A DNA stretch of 64,000 nucleotides from Massalongia carnosa (lineage: Eukaryota), in contig OZ287084.1 in assembly GCA_965645245.1 (NCBI GenBank), positions 1,612,001 to 1,676,000 of the forward strand. Direction: 5' to 3'. Under the pieces are notes generated by a model that was not told the DNA's origin, ran no database searches, and saw only the letters and a program-made list of their open reading frames with translations. Below are positions 21,301 to 33,117 of the stretch, piece after piece. The position numbers and the translations under genes are program-made. How positions within the stretch are numbered: position 1 is the first letter of the stretch; every line of letters begins with the position of its first letter.

Positions 21301-21998
21301 TGGAGACCTTTCGGCGACCCTTTTCATAAGGAGTAAGCCGGTCCCCATGGTAGAGTCGCCGAAGATAAGCACTAGATGAATGCCCATGATAGTAGTCCTT
21401 ACCATCTGACACCGGCTAAGTTGGGTGGGGAGCTCGAGAGTCTAGGACCGCCTGGATTCACCCCCCCGGGACATCATCGCCCCCGCCCTCGCCTCCGCCC
21501 CCCCGGGGTCATCCGAACCTGTCTTCACCGGGAGCTCCCGAAGCCGATTCCTCAATACTCCATTCACTTTGGGGGGCGCGGGGGGGCCGTACCCAGCGAG
21601 AATAACCTCGTGGAATGGCTCTCGCATCAGGAGACTTCCTCGTCCTCCATTCCGCCAACCCGTTGCGCCTCCCGACTCCGTCGAAAATGACCTTTTATAA
21701 GGGAACCCGCACCCAGCGGGCAGCCCATGGCCCTGGTCCCCCCCCCCCCCCCCCAAGTTTGCCAGAAAATTCCTATAATGAGAGGGAGCTGTATCCAGCG
21801 GGGTCAACCCCATAGAACAGCACCTTATTAGGGGACTTCATCGCCTCCGCCCCCTTGCGGCCGCCCCCTTGCGGCTCTCCCTCGCTCTCACCCCCCATTG
21901 CTCGTTTCCTCTCAATCCATAGGCTCCTTCCCACCCAGCCAACGCCCCCGCCCAAACGCTCCCACCGCATACACAAACGCATACGTAACGCATCAGCT

Positions 21999-24900
21999 CG
22001 AGTAGATTCGGGACAGACCCCATCTGGCAGACTCCTCGGAAAGTTCTACTGCTTATTAGGACTAGCTTAAGCCTCACCCTCACACTAAATTAACAGTCCA
22101 TCTACTAATGCAACGTCCCCCCGCAATTATTTGATGAGGGGTAATCATCTCATATGCCCAACGTTTATCATCTTTTCGATTATATTCTTTCTCTCAGTCA
22201 TGGCCTCCGCCTTATTTTCCCTAGATCAGAAAATTGGAAAGGCCAAGGCCCTTCTCCCTCCAGCCCATTGTCTCCCCCCTCAAGAGGGAGAAGGTTTCGC
22301 TAGCTGGGAGGAGGGAAAGGCTCGCCTTCAGGACTGTGCTTACCCAGGGGTTCGCGATAGTCATAGAATCTTTTCAGAAAACACGGGGAGTCATGTTATT
22401 AGAATGCACACGTCACCATCGAAAAGAGAGAAACACCAGAAAACTGGCTGAGACAGACCGCCAACGAAAGAGTACGAAAGTTTCGTTCAATAACTGCAAA
22501 TATAGAGTCCGCCTGAGAGAAAAAAAAGATGAGATCTGGAGCTTAGCACTCACCAACCCCGTACACAATCATTCCATGGCCAATGACCCTTTCAGTTTCA
22601 AAGAACATCATAATAGGGACCCCGACCGAGCAGAAACCCTAGACCATGCGAAAGGTCTTCGCGATTCATGTACTAAATATACCCAAGCCTCAAGAACTTT
22701 GCGTGTTCGGGGACTTCGTCTTTCGAAGAATGATTATTATAACCTAGTTCGATCTGAAGGGAGTCATACACCCGCAGAGGAAATGGATTACACACTTGGA
22801 TGCTTGAAAGAGGGAGGGTTTCACGTGCGCTGTTTGGAGAAATATATAGCTGAAAACAACATACGGCAGCGACGTGTTGTGGAGTTATTTTTCTTCTGCA
22901 ATAAAGAGCAAATCAGATTAGCCAGACGTTTCGTCAGTGGGTTTTTGATCGAAACGGATGCAACATTCAATACTAACAAATTGAACTTGCCTCTGTCCGT
23001 TGTAGTTGGAGTCACTAATACAGGACTTACCTTCCCCGTGGCCTACTGTTATATAACTTCCGAATCGGCGGAATGCTTCACTTTTCTACTTGATTGTATG
23101 AAGGACTTGATCTTTCATGACGAATGCCCTGGTCCTAGGGTCATACTTGGAGACTTTGCAGCTGGGTTATCGGCGGCGATGCAGAGAAAAAGGCTTCAAG
23201 CAGTAGATGCTGACGCTGCATTGGGCATGGCATGGCAAGTCTCTCAATCGATGATCGCGGGCGGTTATGACTGCGCTTTGCAGCTTTGCACCTGGCATGC
23301 AGCCGAAGCCATTAAGAAACGACTCATCAAGGCGGGGACCTATCCAGTAGAGATTCAGAAAGAATTGATGGCGTTGATCTGGGCATGGATAAAGTCTCCT
23401 ACTATCGAACAATTGAATGAAAGAAGGAGGACGTTGTTGAACAAACTGCAAGATTCAGAAAAGGTATGTTGATGTGTAGAACTTGAGGTTTAACCCTGAG
23501 GTTAAACCTGATTGAGTTAGAGTTAGGATTAATTTTCGCGAGGACTACGGCTAATAGATATGTTTTTATTTGCAGGATTATCTTATAAAATTTTATAAAC
23601 GCCAGGAAGCTCACTTTGTGCACGCGCATACCAATCAACTCCCTAATTTAGGTGCGAATAGTACTCAGCGGGTTGAAGGCCTACATCCTATGATCAAAAG
23701 TGTGACCAATAGGCATACTCCCATGAGAAAATCCGTTCAGAAAATCTGTGATGAGGTTGAGGAGAAGCAGATTGAATATGAAACCATGATCAATCAGCAA
23801 CGAATCAATAATCCTCGATTGATGGATAGGTTTGCATTCAGACATCTCACGGGAAAAATAACTCATCAAGTTATTGACCTCGTCTCCAGAGAGTTGGATG
23901 GGGCCAAAAAGCTAGCTGAAGAGTTCAATCAGCGAGTCTATTCAGAATTGACCTCACCAATTGAACTAACAGGCGAGAGTTGTGTATATGATTGTCAACT
24001 GCCTTTGCGATTTGGTCTCCCGTGCAAGTGTTGGTTGTATTCTTGCGTCGTTGACGTCATTCCCATCCCCATCTCTCTCATTCATCCTCGCTGGTTTTTC
24101 GATGGTCCGCCTGCTGTTTTCTCGTGGCGAATGACTTTCGATTCTGCCTTAAGCTTTGAAGACATGCTTAGAAACGCTGCGGGAGAGGGAGGTGCGGAGC
24201 CAGAAGAGGATAAGGAAGATGAAAAGGAGGAGGTATGGGGGGAGGGTGAGGATGAGATGGAAGAGGATGAGGAGGAGATGGAAGAGGAGGATGAGTAGGA
24301 GGTGAGAAGAAGGAAAGGCGAAGGGGGAGAAGTGAAGAAGGACGGTGATAGATATCGCCGCGGTGGAGTTGATATGATGCAATCTGCAGCATTTGAGTCA
24401 ATGGATTTGCACAAATTAATGGAAAAATCACATCGAGATGAGGAGTATGCTCGAGCATACGTAGCAAACAGCGCCAAAGTCAATCAACAATGGCTGGAAA
24501 GGGAGTCGGCTGGATCTCTTATCCCAACAACTTTCCCTGATGAAATCCGACCGAAGGAAAACCTCAGATGGAAAAAGGGAGGAAGTCGTCGCCGTGCTTA
24601 CACTGGCCGCGAGGCAGCTGAGGCAGATGAGGCCAATCAGCGACGTGCTAGACGTAAGGACTCGATTGAACAAGGGAGAAGGCGACGGCATGATAAACTG
24701 CGTGAAAGCGATGAAAACGAGAGTGTGATTAGCGATGGTAAAAACCTACGATATAAGCAAATCGACGCAGCGCGGCTAACATATGATGTAGTAGATTTGA
24801 CTGAAGATGCGGTCATCGTCTCCGACGACGATGACCTGCATTATGTAGACACTCAGCCGATTCCCGATCCTTCTACAAGTCTCACACTTCCTTCGAATGA

Positions 24901-25491
24901 CAACGATGCATCTTCAACGTCTTCCGATTCGTTTGAAGATATTGATGAAGTGCTGGCGAAACATAGCCAAAAAGTCTCATCTCAAACGGCCCCGTCCCTA
25001 TATAGTCTTAGTCAAAACCTCAGTTGCCTCCTACTTCGTCTGCCACAACGCGAAGGTCTCCGGGTGTAGCCAAAAAATCAAAGGCTCTGTTGGAGTTGGA
25101 GTCTCAGCAAAGGGCTGAGCAAGCAGATAAACAGGCTAGGGCCGAGGCGAAGAAGCAGGCGGCAGCTATGAAGATTGCTAGGACTCTGAAGCCTAGAAAG
25201 GAGGATGTTTCGCAACTGATTGATGAGTTTTCAGAGTTGAGGTCATCGCAATGAGTTGTATTATAATATTAATGAAATAGTAGAGTGTAATAGGTGTGAC
25301 TTTTTCATACAGTCAATCTGGATATAACGATCTTTTCGGCTTATCAGCTAGGTATATGAAGCTTGCGGGGGGGACATTGCATTAGTAGATGGACTATTAA
25401 TTTAGTGTGAGGGTGAGGCTTAAGCTAGTCCTAATAAGCAGTAGAACTTTCCGAGGGGTCTGCTAGATTGGGTCTGTCCTGAATCTACTCG
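21999..25491 (+). mobile_element. Complete Mutator-like element (MULE-1)
   Basis: ~127-bp TIRs (21999-22126 and 25362-25491) and 9-bp TSD GCATCAGCT (21990-21998, 25492-25500). Confidence 0.95.
22200..25254 (+). pseudogene. MULE-1 transposase with one intron (23463-23575) and disablements
   Basis: HNH motif, ETDATFNTNKLNLPL, GDFAAGL, QLCTWH, STQRVEGLH, C..GLPC.C (SWIM-like). GTATGT...GCTAAT...TTGCAG intron; stop at 24296-24298 and frameshifts. Confidence 0.88.
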
Positions 25492-26080
25492 GCATCAGCT
25501 ACCCTCGAGAACGTTTCCTTGGACTCGTGCCGGAGAGTTTCGGGCGACTGACCCTGACCTGTGAAGGCCGGCTATAATGATACCACCAACCCTATGAGGA
25601 GATGGGGGAGACACACGCTAGATTTTAACAGTGGACTTGCACCGGGAGGGAGTCAGAACCGGGGCTGATTGGCCTGAGTAAGCTTCTTCGGGAGCACACT
25701 TAGGCTGATGGGACCGCTTAGGGATAACTCTCTTTTAGGAAGGCTGGGTGATCTAAACCAGCTACGGATTACCATTTTTCACTCTTGCTAATAACAATAT
25801 AGGTGACCTTCTGCTACGTGATGTAAGCCAAGCCTATTTGATTGTAGGTTTACGTTGGTTGTACATTCAAAATACTTTATGTCTTTGATACTATCCTTTT
25901 CTTGTTAAATACGAATCCCAAAAGCTGTCAAATAGCAGTTCGCCAAGGCTGAAGAATGACCTTGACGTGAAGACATTTCATCCAGTCAGACATAGATCAA
26001 CTAGTGATTTGTTGAATAGACATATGATCACATTTATATAGAAAATATCGCGAAAAACATCACCAGATACGGAGGACGCG

Positions 26081-27553
26081 ATGAACATTCAACTCGAAAA
26101 CACGTTCGTGATCGCGCACGCGGAGCAGAGAGATCAACTGCTGTACAAGATAGATGACTATCTGATAGGCATAGGAGACGGAGGGAAACCGGAGGGAACA
26201 GGGATTCTAGAGGAGGTGAAAATTTTTCTCGATAATCAGAGAAGCATCGACAACGACAACGAAAACATACCGAAGCCCATTCACGACACCCTGACTGAAA
26301 TACAAAGAAGTCTAGCCCGTATCGAAAGTGCTAAGACAGCTACAACAACCACAAACAGCTATTCCGCAGCCGCCACCAGAGGTCAAGCCTCCGAGGCCCC
26401 CCCGATTCCCCGCCGCACCAAGCCAATCACTTTTTCAAAACAAACCGAACCCTCACCACAAGAAGTTCGTCAGGCCAGAGCAATGACCGTAGTCATTTCC
26501 AGCGCAAGCGACAAGGAAAAAATAAAGAACATGCCCACAAAAGATCTCGTGGAGACACTACAAGCAGAAACGGAGGGGATTCGGGGAGTATCGCGACTCA
26601 TTAGCGGAGATCTCAAAATTCACACTGAATCACTAGAAGTCAAAAAGACTCTACAAGAAAAGTCGGAATGGACCCGAAAAATAGCCGACTCAGCGGCGAT
26701 TAAGACACGGAAATACCCGGTCAGAGTAAATGGTGTCAAGATGGAACACATCAAAACCGCCAACCAATCGCAGGCCATAGGGTACCTGCAGACCGCTAAC
26801 GCACGCCTGCACCCAGACCTGCAGATAAAGAAAATAGCCTGGTCCACCTGGGCTATAAGGGAAAAGAAGGCGTTCTCCACGCTACATATAGAAGTGGCCA
26901 CCGCCGAAACGGCCAATCGGGTCATAGCCGAGGGTCTCATAATCGACTATAAAATCAAAGACTGTGAAAGATTCACAAAGGGATGCACCATGACGCAATG
27001 TGTTAATTGTCACAAATATGGTCATATAGGTCGATCATGTCCCAACCCCACCGCCTGCGGTCACTGTGCTGGGGCTCATCCTAGCACCGAATGCAACATG
27101 GAAACAACAGGTAGATATCGAAGATGTGCGGCTTGCAGTGAAAAGGGAGACGAAGCCTGGTCAACATCCTACGAAATCAGGAAAGTCGAAAAACGCAAAG
27201 CAGAGAGGGCTATGCAAAAACGGGTCCCATTCTACCCAGTAGTCGCCCCCGTACCGGCCACGTTCAGGTTCCAGAGCGAAAACATCAACCCGGTCCTTGG
27301 CAGCACAAACAGCAAAAAGAGGAAAACCGCGCCCCCCTCCGATACCCCCCCGAATCCCCCACGAACGGGAACATCCTGGGCTGACACGGGCATCATGAAT
27401 CCAGAAAACATGACAAAGGCCCTTGCAAAACCAGTTGTAGGTAGACCCCCACTCAGACACCGAGCTGTATCTACTGCCCCGGCGATAATCAGAGCAAACA
27501 ACACCACCAACGACCCCTCGACCTCCCAGGCCGAATCAGTGGACGTCCTATAA
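26081..27553 (+). CDS. LINE-A ORF1 (490 aa)
   Basis: CVNCHKYGHIGRSC, CGHCAGAHPSTEC and a third decayed knuckle. Confidence 0.9.
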   Translation: MNIQLENTFVIAHAEQRDQLLYKIDDYLIGIGDGGKPEGTGILEEVKIFLDNQRSIDNDNENIPKPIHDTLTEIQRSLARIESAKTATTTTNSYSAAATRGQASEAPPIPRRTKPITFSKQTEPSPQEVRQARAMTVVISSASDKEKIKNMPTKDLVETLQAETEGIRGVSRLISGDLKIHTESLEVKKTLQEKSEWTRKIADSAAIKTRKYPVRVNGVKMEHIKTANQSQAIGYLQTANARLHPDLQIKKIAWSTWAIREKKAFSTLHIEVATAETANRVIAEGLIIDYKIKDCERFTKGCTMTQCVNCHKYGHIGRSCPNPTACGHCAGAHPSTECNMETTGRYRRCAACSEKGDEAWSTSYEIRKVEKRKAERAMQKRVPFYPVVAPVPATFRFQSENINPVLGSTNSKKRKTAPPSDTPPNPPRTGTSWADTGIMNPENMTKALAKPVVGRPPLRHRAVSTAPAIIRANNTTNDPSTSQAESVDVL

Positions 27554-29737
27554 GGGACACGAAATCTCTCTCCATATTGCAGTACAATGTCAGAAATGAC
27601 AGAGTGAGTACAATGTTACCTCTCTTAGCCGATCCGAACACCCAGGACTATGACATTATCGCAATTCAGGAACCCTGGCGCAATCTATCTATTCCTACCA
27701 CGTTAAGCTCTCATCAAAGTAGGTTTCATTTATTATATCGCCCAAATGGAGACACCAGAGTGTGTTTCTACATAAATGATACTATTGACCCTAATAGCTG
27801 GGAAGTAGAGTATCCGTCGGCCGACATGTGCACCCTAAAAATTCGAATGAAAATTGGAAACACATCAGACCTGATCCATATCCACAATGTGTATAATCCC
27901 TCTCCCATTTCCTATTCTTCTATAGACAGTCCGTCCACGCTAGCAACAGTAAAACGCCAATTAATTGCAGAGACAAAACACATTTTACTGGGCGACTTCA
28001 ACCTACATTATCCATTGTGGAATCATTCGTCGAGGCATACTCAACATGCGGAGTCGGAAAAATTACTGAACATAATTGAAGAGGCAAATCTATCACTAAC
28101 GCTTTCAAAAGGCACCATTACATGGGAGGCTAGACAATCGTCTAGCACAATCGATCTTGTATTCATGTCAGAAGAATTAACGGATAGACTAGAACATTGC
28201 ATGTCAAGACCGGAACTCAATCAGTCGTCCGATCACATTCCGATCTCCACCCGAATTGCGCTGAACAGTAAGGTTCAAACAATCAGAGAACGCAGGGCCT
28301 GGAAACTGACGAACATGAGAAAACTGAGAGAAGCGGAAAAGAGGGCGCCCCCCCCGAAGACCCCCCGATCCCCCGCCGAAATCGATGCTTATACCGTGTC
28401 AATTCAAAAATTTCTTCAAGGAGTGATAGAAACCTCTGTACCTTGGGCTAGACCCAGTAAGTACGCCAAACCCTTTTGGAATAATGAATGCAGTGTGATC
28501 ACGAAAGAAACTCGTAGGCTCAGACGTGTCTTTTCCAATTCCAGAGACATTTCTGATTGGATAACATACACAAAATCCAATCACAGAAAACAAAAAATCA
28601 TTCAAAAGGCTAAAAGACTGTCGTTCCGCAAGGAAATAGAAAAAGCCACAGAATCGCCGACTGTTCTCTGGCGACTAGCCAAATGGGCGAAAGACAAAAG
28701 TGACCAGACAAGAGAAATTCCCAAAATGCCCAATCTCGTTCGAGACGACCAAGTAGCAGAGACGTTCGAGGAGAAATCAGACATGCTAAAACAGAAATTC
28801 TTTCCACACGCCCCTCCGGCCGACCTCAGCGACATAGAGGGTTTCGTTTTACCCCAGCCAGCCAAAATGTCCAATGATCATAACCAAACCAGAGGTGATG
28901 GAAGCCATACGCCGACTCAAGCCCGATACGGCCCCGGCTCCGGACGGAATAGCCAACAGAATTGTAAAGGCATGCTCGGAAAAGCTAGTCGAATTACTCA
29001 CCCCACTGTTTCAAGCATGTGTAGAACAAGCATATCATCCTCGTGCATTCAAAACCGCCAACACAATCACGCTCAAGAAACAGGCAAGGATGACTATTCG
29101 GCCCGAACGCCTATCGACCTATAGCACTCCTAAACACGCTTGGAAAAGTAATGGAATCCATCATGTCACAAAAAATAACCCATCTAGCGGAAACCCACCG
29201 ACTCCTGCCCGACACCTAGATGGGCGCCAGACGAGGAAGATCAACCGAATCTGCACTAGAATTGTTGACTGAATATATTCATACAGTGTGGGGCCAAGGC
29301 ACAGACAAAGTAGCCACATTATTGAGCATGGACGTAGCAGGAGCATGGACGTAGCAGGAGCCTATGACACAGTGACACATCGAAGACTGATTCACAATCT
29401 TCGCAAAAGGAAAATCCCAAAATGGATCACTGACTGGGTGAACAGTTTTCTGAATGAAAGAGCACTACCCTGGCGATTCACAGCCGAGTCACGGGTATAT
29501 TCGATGTAAAAACCGGAATCCCACAAGACTCCCCTATTTCTCCTATTCTTTATCTGTTCTACAATGCAGACCTACTAGACATATGTGAAAGACTAGGCAG
29601 CAACACGAGTGCTCTAGGCTTCGTAGATGACATCAATGTGCTAGCATACGGAAAGAGCACCGAAGAAAATTGCAAGACGCTAGATGTAATTCACAAAAAA
29701 TGTGAAAAATGGGCAAGTCGACATGGTTCAGTCTTCG
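27550..29737 (+). pseudogene. LINE-A ORF2 (AP endonuclease plus RT), frameshifted
   Basis: LQYNV, IAIQEPW, GDFNLH, SDH, APAPDGI, DVAGAYD, FVDD. 17-bp tandem duplication near 29324-29357. Confidence 0.92.
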
Positions 29738-32357
29738 TGTCATGAAATCGAACCAACCCGATCCAGAATCAATCCCGCAGATGAATCTGACTAAGCTCCC
29801 GTTCCTCTATTCAGCTTAGTCAAAATCTCATTAACTAAATCGAGTTTAGACCCCTCTCAACGGCTTCAGGTCAAAGCTGTACCATCACCATCAAAGCGTA
29901 CCAACGACAGGAGAACCTCATCTCCACCTTTTATCGTCAAATACCTCGTCAAACCTTCGTGCCGTACGTCTCCTAATAGGGGGAGATGAACACTGATGGA
30001 ATCTTCATGCAAAGGGGTTCGAGACAAATATAAAAGGAAGGACAAGTTAATTAGATAGTTGACTCCTTGTCCGACGTCTTGTATAGCAATCCATCACCTA
30101 GCTATAGCCTTATTAATAAAGACATCTTGATCACCCAATCCAATTCCTAGGAACATTAGTTCAATCCCCTGCCCAGTCCTTGACATTACGTCGGACCTAC
30201 ATCGAAAGGTGCCTTTCATAGCACTAGCCCCTGTCCCCCCTCATATTCCACCATCATGTCTTCGTCTTCAGAAGAGATGACCGTCCCCCAAAATCCTCTC
30301 ATCGACGAGAACGTGAAGTTGTTTCAAAACCAGTTCCAAACCAATCCTGAAGCATTCGTCGCGGAAATACGACGACTTCAAGACGAGGTGGCCCGGTTGC
30401 AGGCCGCCCCAGCTCCCGACCCCCCTATACCCACTCCAGCATCAACCTCGTCTCCCTCGTCCGTTCCGGCAATGGACCCTCAGATAGCTGCCCTCCTGCA
30501 GCTCCTTTTGACCCGGAATTCCGAGTCCAAAACCGATCTTCGTTCCGAAAAACTTCCCGACATCTCCGAGTACGATGGAGATGAAGCCAAGTTGGACTCC
30601 TGGGAACAGAGCCTGATTCAACGGATGCACGTTAATCATGATCGATACTCCACCGATGCCTCCAAGATTGCATACGCGGAGAACCGGCTCACCATCGGGA
30701 AACGAGCTCACAACCTTATGAATGCGTATCGAGTGGATGGCATTTGTAGACTCACCACCTTCTCCGAATGGCGTTCTGCTCTTCGCCTAGCCTGCGGCAA
30801 CCCCTTCGAACAAGAGGATGCCCGTAAGTACCTTCGAGAAACCCTCAAGCAGGGCTCTCTGAGTTTCGAAGAGTACAACACTCTCTTCTCTCAGAAAAAA
30901 GACCGATCCAGAATGGAAGACGCTTCGTTGATTGATGCCATGAAGGCAAACATCAACTACTCCGTTCAAACCGCGGCCGTCCACTACCGAGTCCCCGGCA
31001 CCAATCTGGAGCCAATCACCTTCGACGAGCACGTCGCAATGTGGTTAAGCACGGACCGGAAAATCCGTCAGATCCGTCATCTGGCACCCAAGGCCACGAC
31101 TCCGGCCACATCAGCTCCCGCCAATCGAAGAAACGGCACTAACCTTCCTGCTGCCCCTTTCCCCCGCGCTGTCGTCACGGGCACGGTCACCCCATTGATC
31201 CCAACCCCCGCCTTCCCCCCAGCTGGAGACCCCATGGACCTAAGTCAGGCCATGGCGGCTGTCAAAGGTCAGTCGTTGAAAACCGAGGGAGTAAGGAAGA
31301 TCTGCGAGAATTGGAACCTGTGCTTCTATTGCAAATTGCAACACCTCGGGTCGGCCTCCGACTGTCCAAATAAGCCTACCAAACGCCTTCGCAACATGGA
31401 AGTCGTCTCGACCCTCACTCCCGAGACTGACGACTCGGGAAACGTCTAGACTCTGCGCATCGTCGCGCGCAGAGCCCTATTTTAATTTCTTCTTGTCTGT
31501 TAGCCAACTTGTTTTCTCCCCCCCTTCAATCAAACACTCGTTTTTCCGCAGCCTCCGCTTTGGAGCTGTTTGAAACCGAAGAAGCGTTTCGAGATAGCCA
31601 CCTAGTGGTATCATGTATCTTACGTTTAGGTAGATTTCGAATTCAAGCTCTCAATCTGATTGATTGTGGTGCATCTGGCTATGCATTCATTGACAAGAAG
31701 TTTGCGCAAACTCACTAAATCCCCCTTCATCCCCTCAAATACGCCCGACGCCTTGAATGCTTCGACGGTCAGCCGGCTCTGACTGGAAATATCTCTCATG
31801 TGGCCGAGGTAATCATGGACTTAAACGGACATGTAGAAAGATTATTCCTTTTCGTAACAGGACTGAAAACCTACCCAATCGTCCTGGGACACCCGTGGTT
31901 GCGACGACATCAAGCTCTCGCTGATTTCGAGTCCAACTCTCTCTCCCTGTCTTCCTCTTTCTGCCTGGCTCATTGTAGCCCTCATCCAGTCAAGGTGAAG
32001 GCCTACACGGGCGAGAAATTCCTATCTCCTGCGGAAAGTCAGGAAGTATGGGAATCGGAAAACTACTCGTCCAATAGTCAAATCCTGTCCGAAAAACCTG
32101 TCCTGTCCGATAAAACCACGCCGCGCGATAGTAAGACAATTCTCTCGAAAATCAGGACATCAGTCGTATCGAAAAAGCGATTGAACAGGGCGACTCACCG
32201 AAAATCCGATATCGAAGTCCCTCTTTGTATCGCACCTCCACTCAGCGACATGCTGCCCAGCAGAATCGCAATCCTCCTGTTTTGGACGTCTGTGAAATCG
32301 GCGCCCTCAACTTCAACTATCTCGGACGAAAAAAGAGTCACGAGGTGTTTGCTCTCT
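29738..32357 (+). mobile_element. Gypsy-A copy 2 (5' LTR 29738-30185, gag, start of pol), truncated
   Basis: Reverse complement of about 7990-10611 with few differences; pol stop at 31716-31718. Confidence 0.96.
30256..31449 (+). CDS. gag: Gypsy-A copy 2 Gag (397 aa)
   Basis: Two amino-acid differences seen against 8900-10093. Confidence 0.93.
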   Translation: MSSSSEEMTVPQNPLIDENVKLFQNQFQTNPEAFVAEIRRLQDEVARLQAAPAPDPPIPTPASTSSPSSVPAMDPQIAALLQLLLTRNSESKTDLRSEKLPDISEYDGDEAKLDSWEQSLIQRMHVNHDRYSTDASKIAYAENRLTIGKRAHNLMNAYRVDGICRLTTFSEWRSALRLACGNPFEQEDARKYLRETLKQGSLSFEEYNTLFSQKKDRSRMEDASLIDAMKANINYSVQTAAVHYRVPGTNLEPITFDEHVAMWLSTDRKIRQIRHLAPKATTPATSAPANRRNGTNLPAAPFPRAVVTGTVTPLIPTPAFPPAGDPMDLSQAMAAVKGQSLKTEGVRKICENWNLCFYCKLQHLGSASDCPNKPTKRLRNMEVVSTLTPETDDSGNV

Positions 32358-32359
32358 AT

Positions 32360-32692
32360 TGTAATTGAAGCTCTGCTGGCATAGTAAAAAGCTCACTTTT
32401 GAAACGATTGATCTTTCTATCTACCTATCTAAGGACCGTGTTTATATAGATAGAAAAACATGCCGAAAACCGTTCTCCCTATGACTCACCTTCCTGCTTC
32501 CTAGAAATCTAAGATTGGTGATTGACTCATATCCAATTTATGACTCGATGGGAATGTTCATAGAAGTTTTGCGGTGCTTCTCGAGGTCGTTATGTGTTGC
32601 CTAATGTTCTTACCAACGCACTAATCCCAATGCGGTACTATGTGACTCTGAACACTTTACTAGGCATCAGCCGGGTGACTTTGCACATTACA
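32360..32692. mobile_element. Probable solo LTR (333 bp) with non-matching flanks
   Basis: TGTAAT...ATTACA inverted ends; sits between truncated Gypsy pol and truncated pogo transposase. Confidence 0.7.
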
Positions 32693-33099
32693 ACAGTATC
32701 CAACTCTTTATGACGGGATAAAAATTTGCTCACCCAATTGATACCCAAATCGTTGCGATCGTCTCGCTTTATCAGCATTTCTAACGCCATAAAGCGAAGT
32801 TGTGTTACACGAGGAGGCCAGCCCCATGCCTCCATTTGTATTGTCCAGTCCACGAGAGCGGATTCCTCCTCCGGAAGTAATCGCTGCTGCAATAGAGCAG
32901 CTTCTTTATGAGTTTTCGTTTCTGCAAGTCGTCTAGTAAGGGTGGAATGAATGATACCATGCTTACGGGCGATTTTTCGAACGGATGGCTTGTCTTCGAA
33001 AGCTTTGGGACCGGCTTCCCAGTCATTAAATGACTCTCTATAAGCAGCAATAGCAAGCTGAATGCGCTCCTCTTTGGGCAGTTCGTCTGCTGAGTTCAT
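32693..33099 (-). pseudogene. Fot1/pogo transposase N-terminus (psq-HTH plus CENP-B/Tc5 HTH)
   Basis: EERIQLAI, SVRKIARKHGI..STL, LLPEEESALVDW, GWPPR, LGINWVSKFLSRH. Confidence 0.88.
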
Positions 33100-33117
33100 A
33101 ATGAATTAATTGAGTTG

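Larger units (their letters stand above)
25800..29737 (+). mobile_element. LINE-A (Tad1-like), 3' part lost at the Gypsy-A copy 2 junction; 5' boundary approximate
   Basis: ORF1 with CCHC knuckles followed by an APE-RT ORF2. Confidence 0.88.

Noticed and set aside
24082..24483. Ser/Pro/Leu-rich minus-strand ORFs
   Set aside because: They are antisense shadows of the acidic GAG/GAT-rich tract of the MULE transposase.
21300..25800. Telomerase RNA or hammerhead ribozyme
   Set aside because: No full TAACCCTAA template (only AACCCTA) and no canonical CUGAUGA/GAAA core found by eye.
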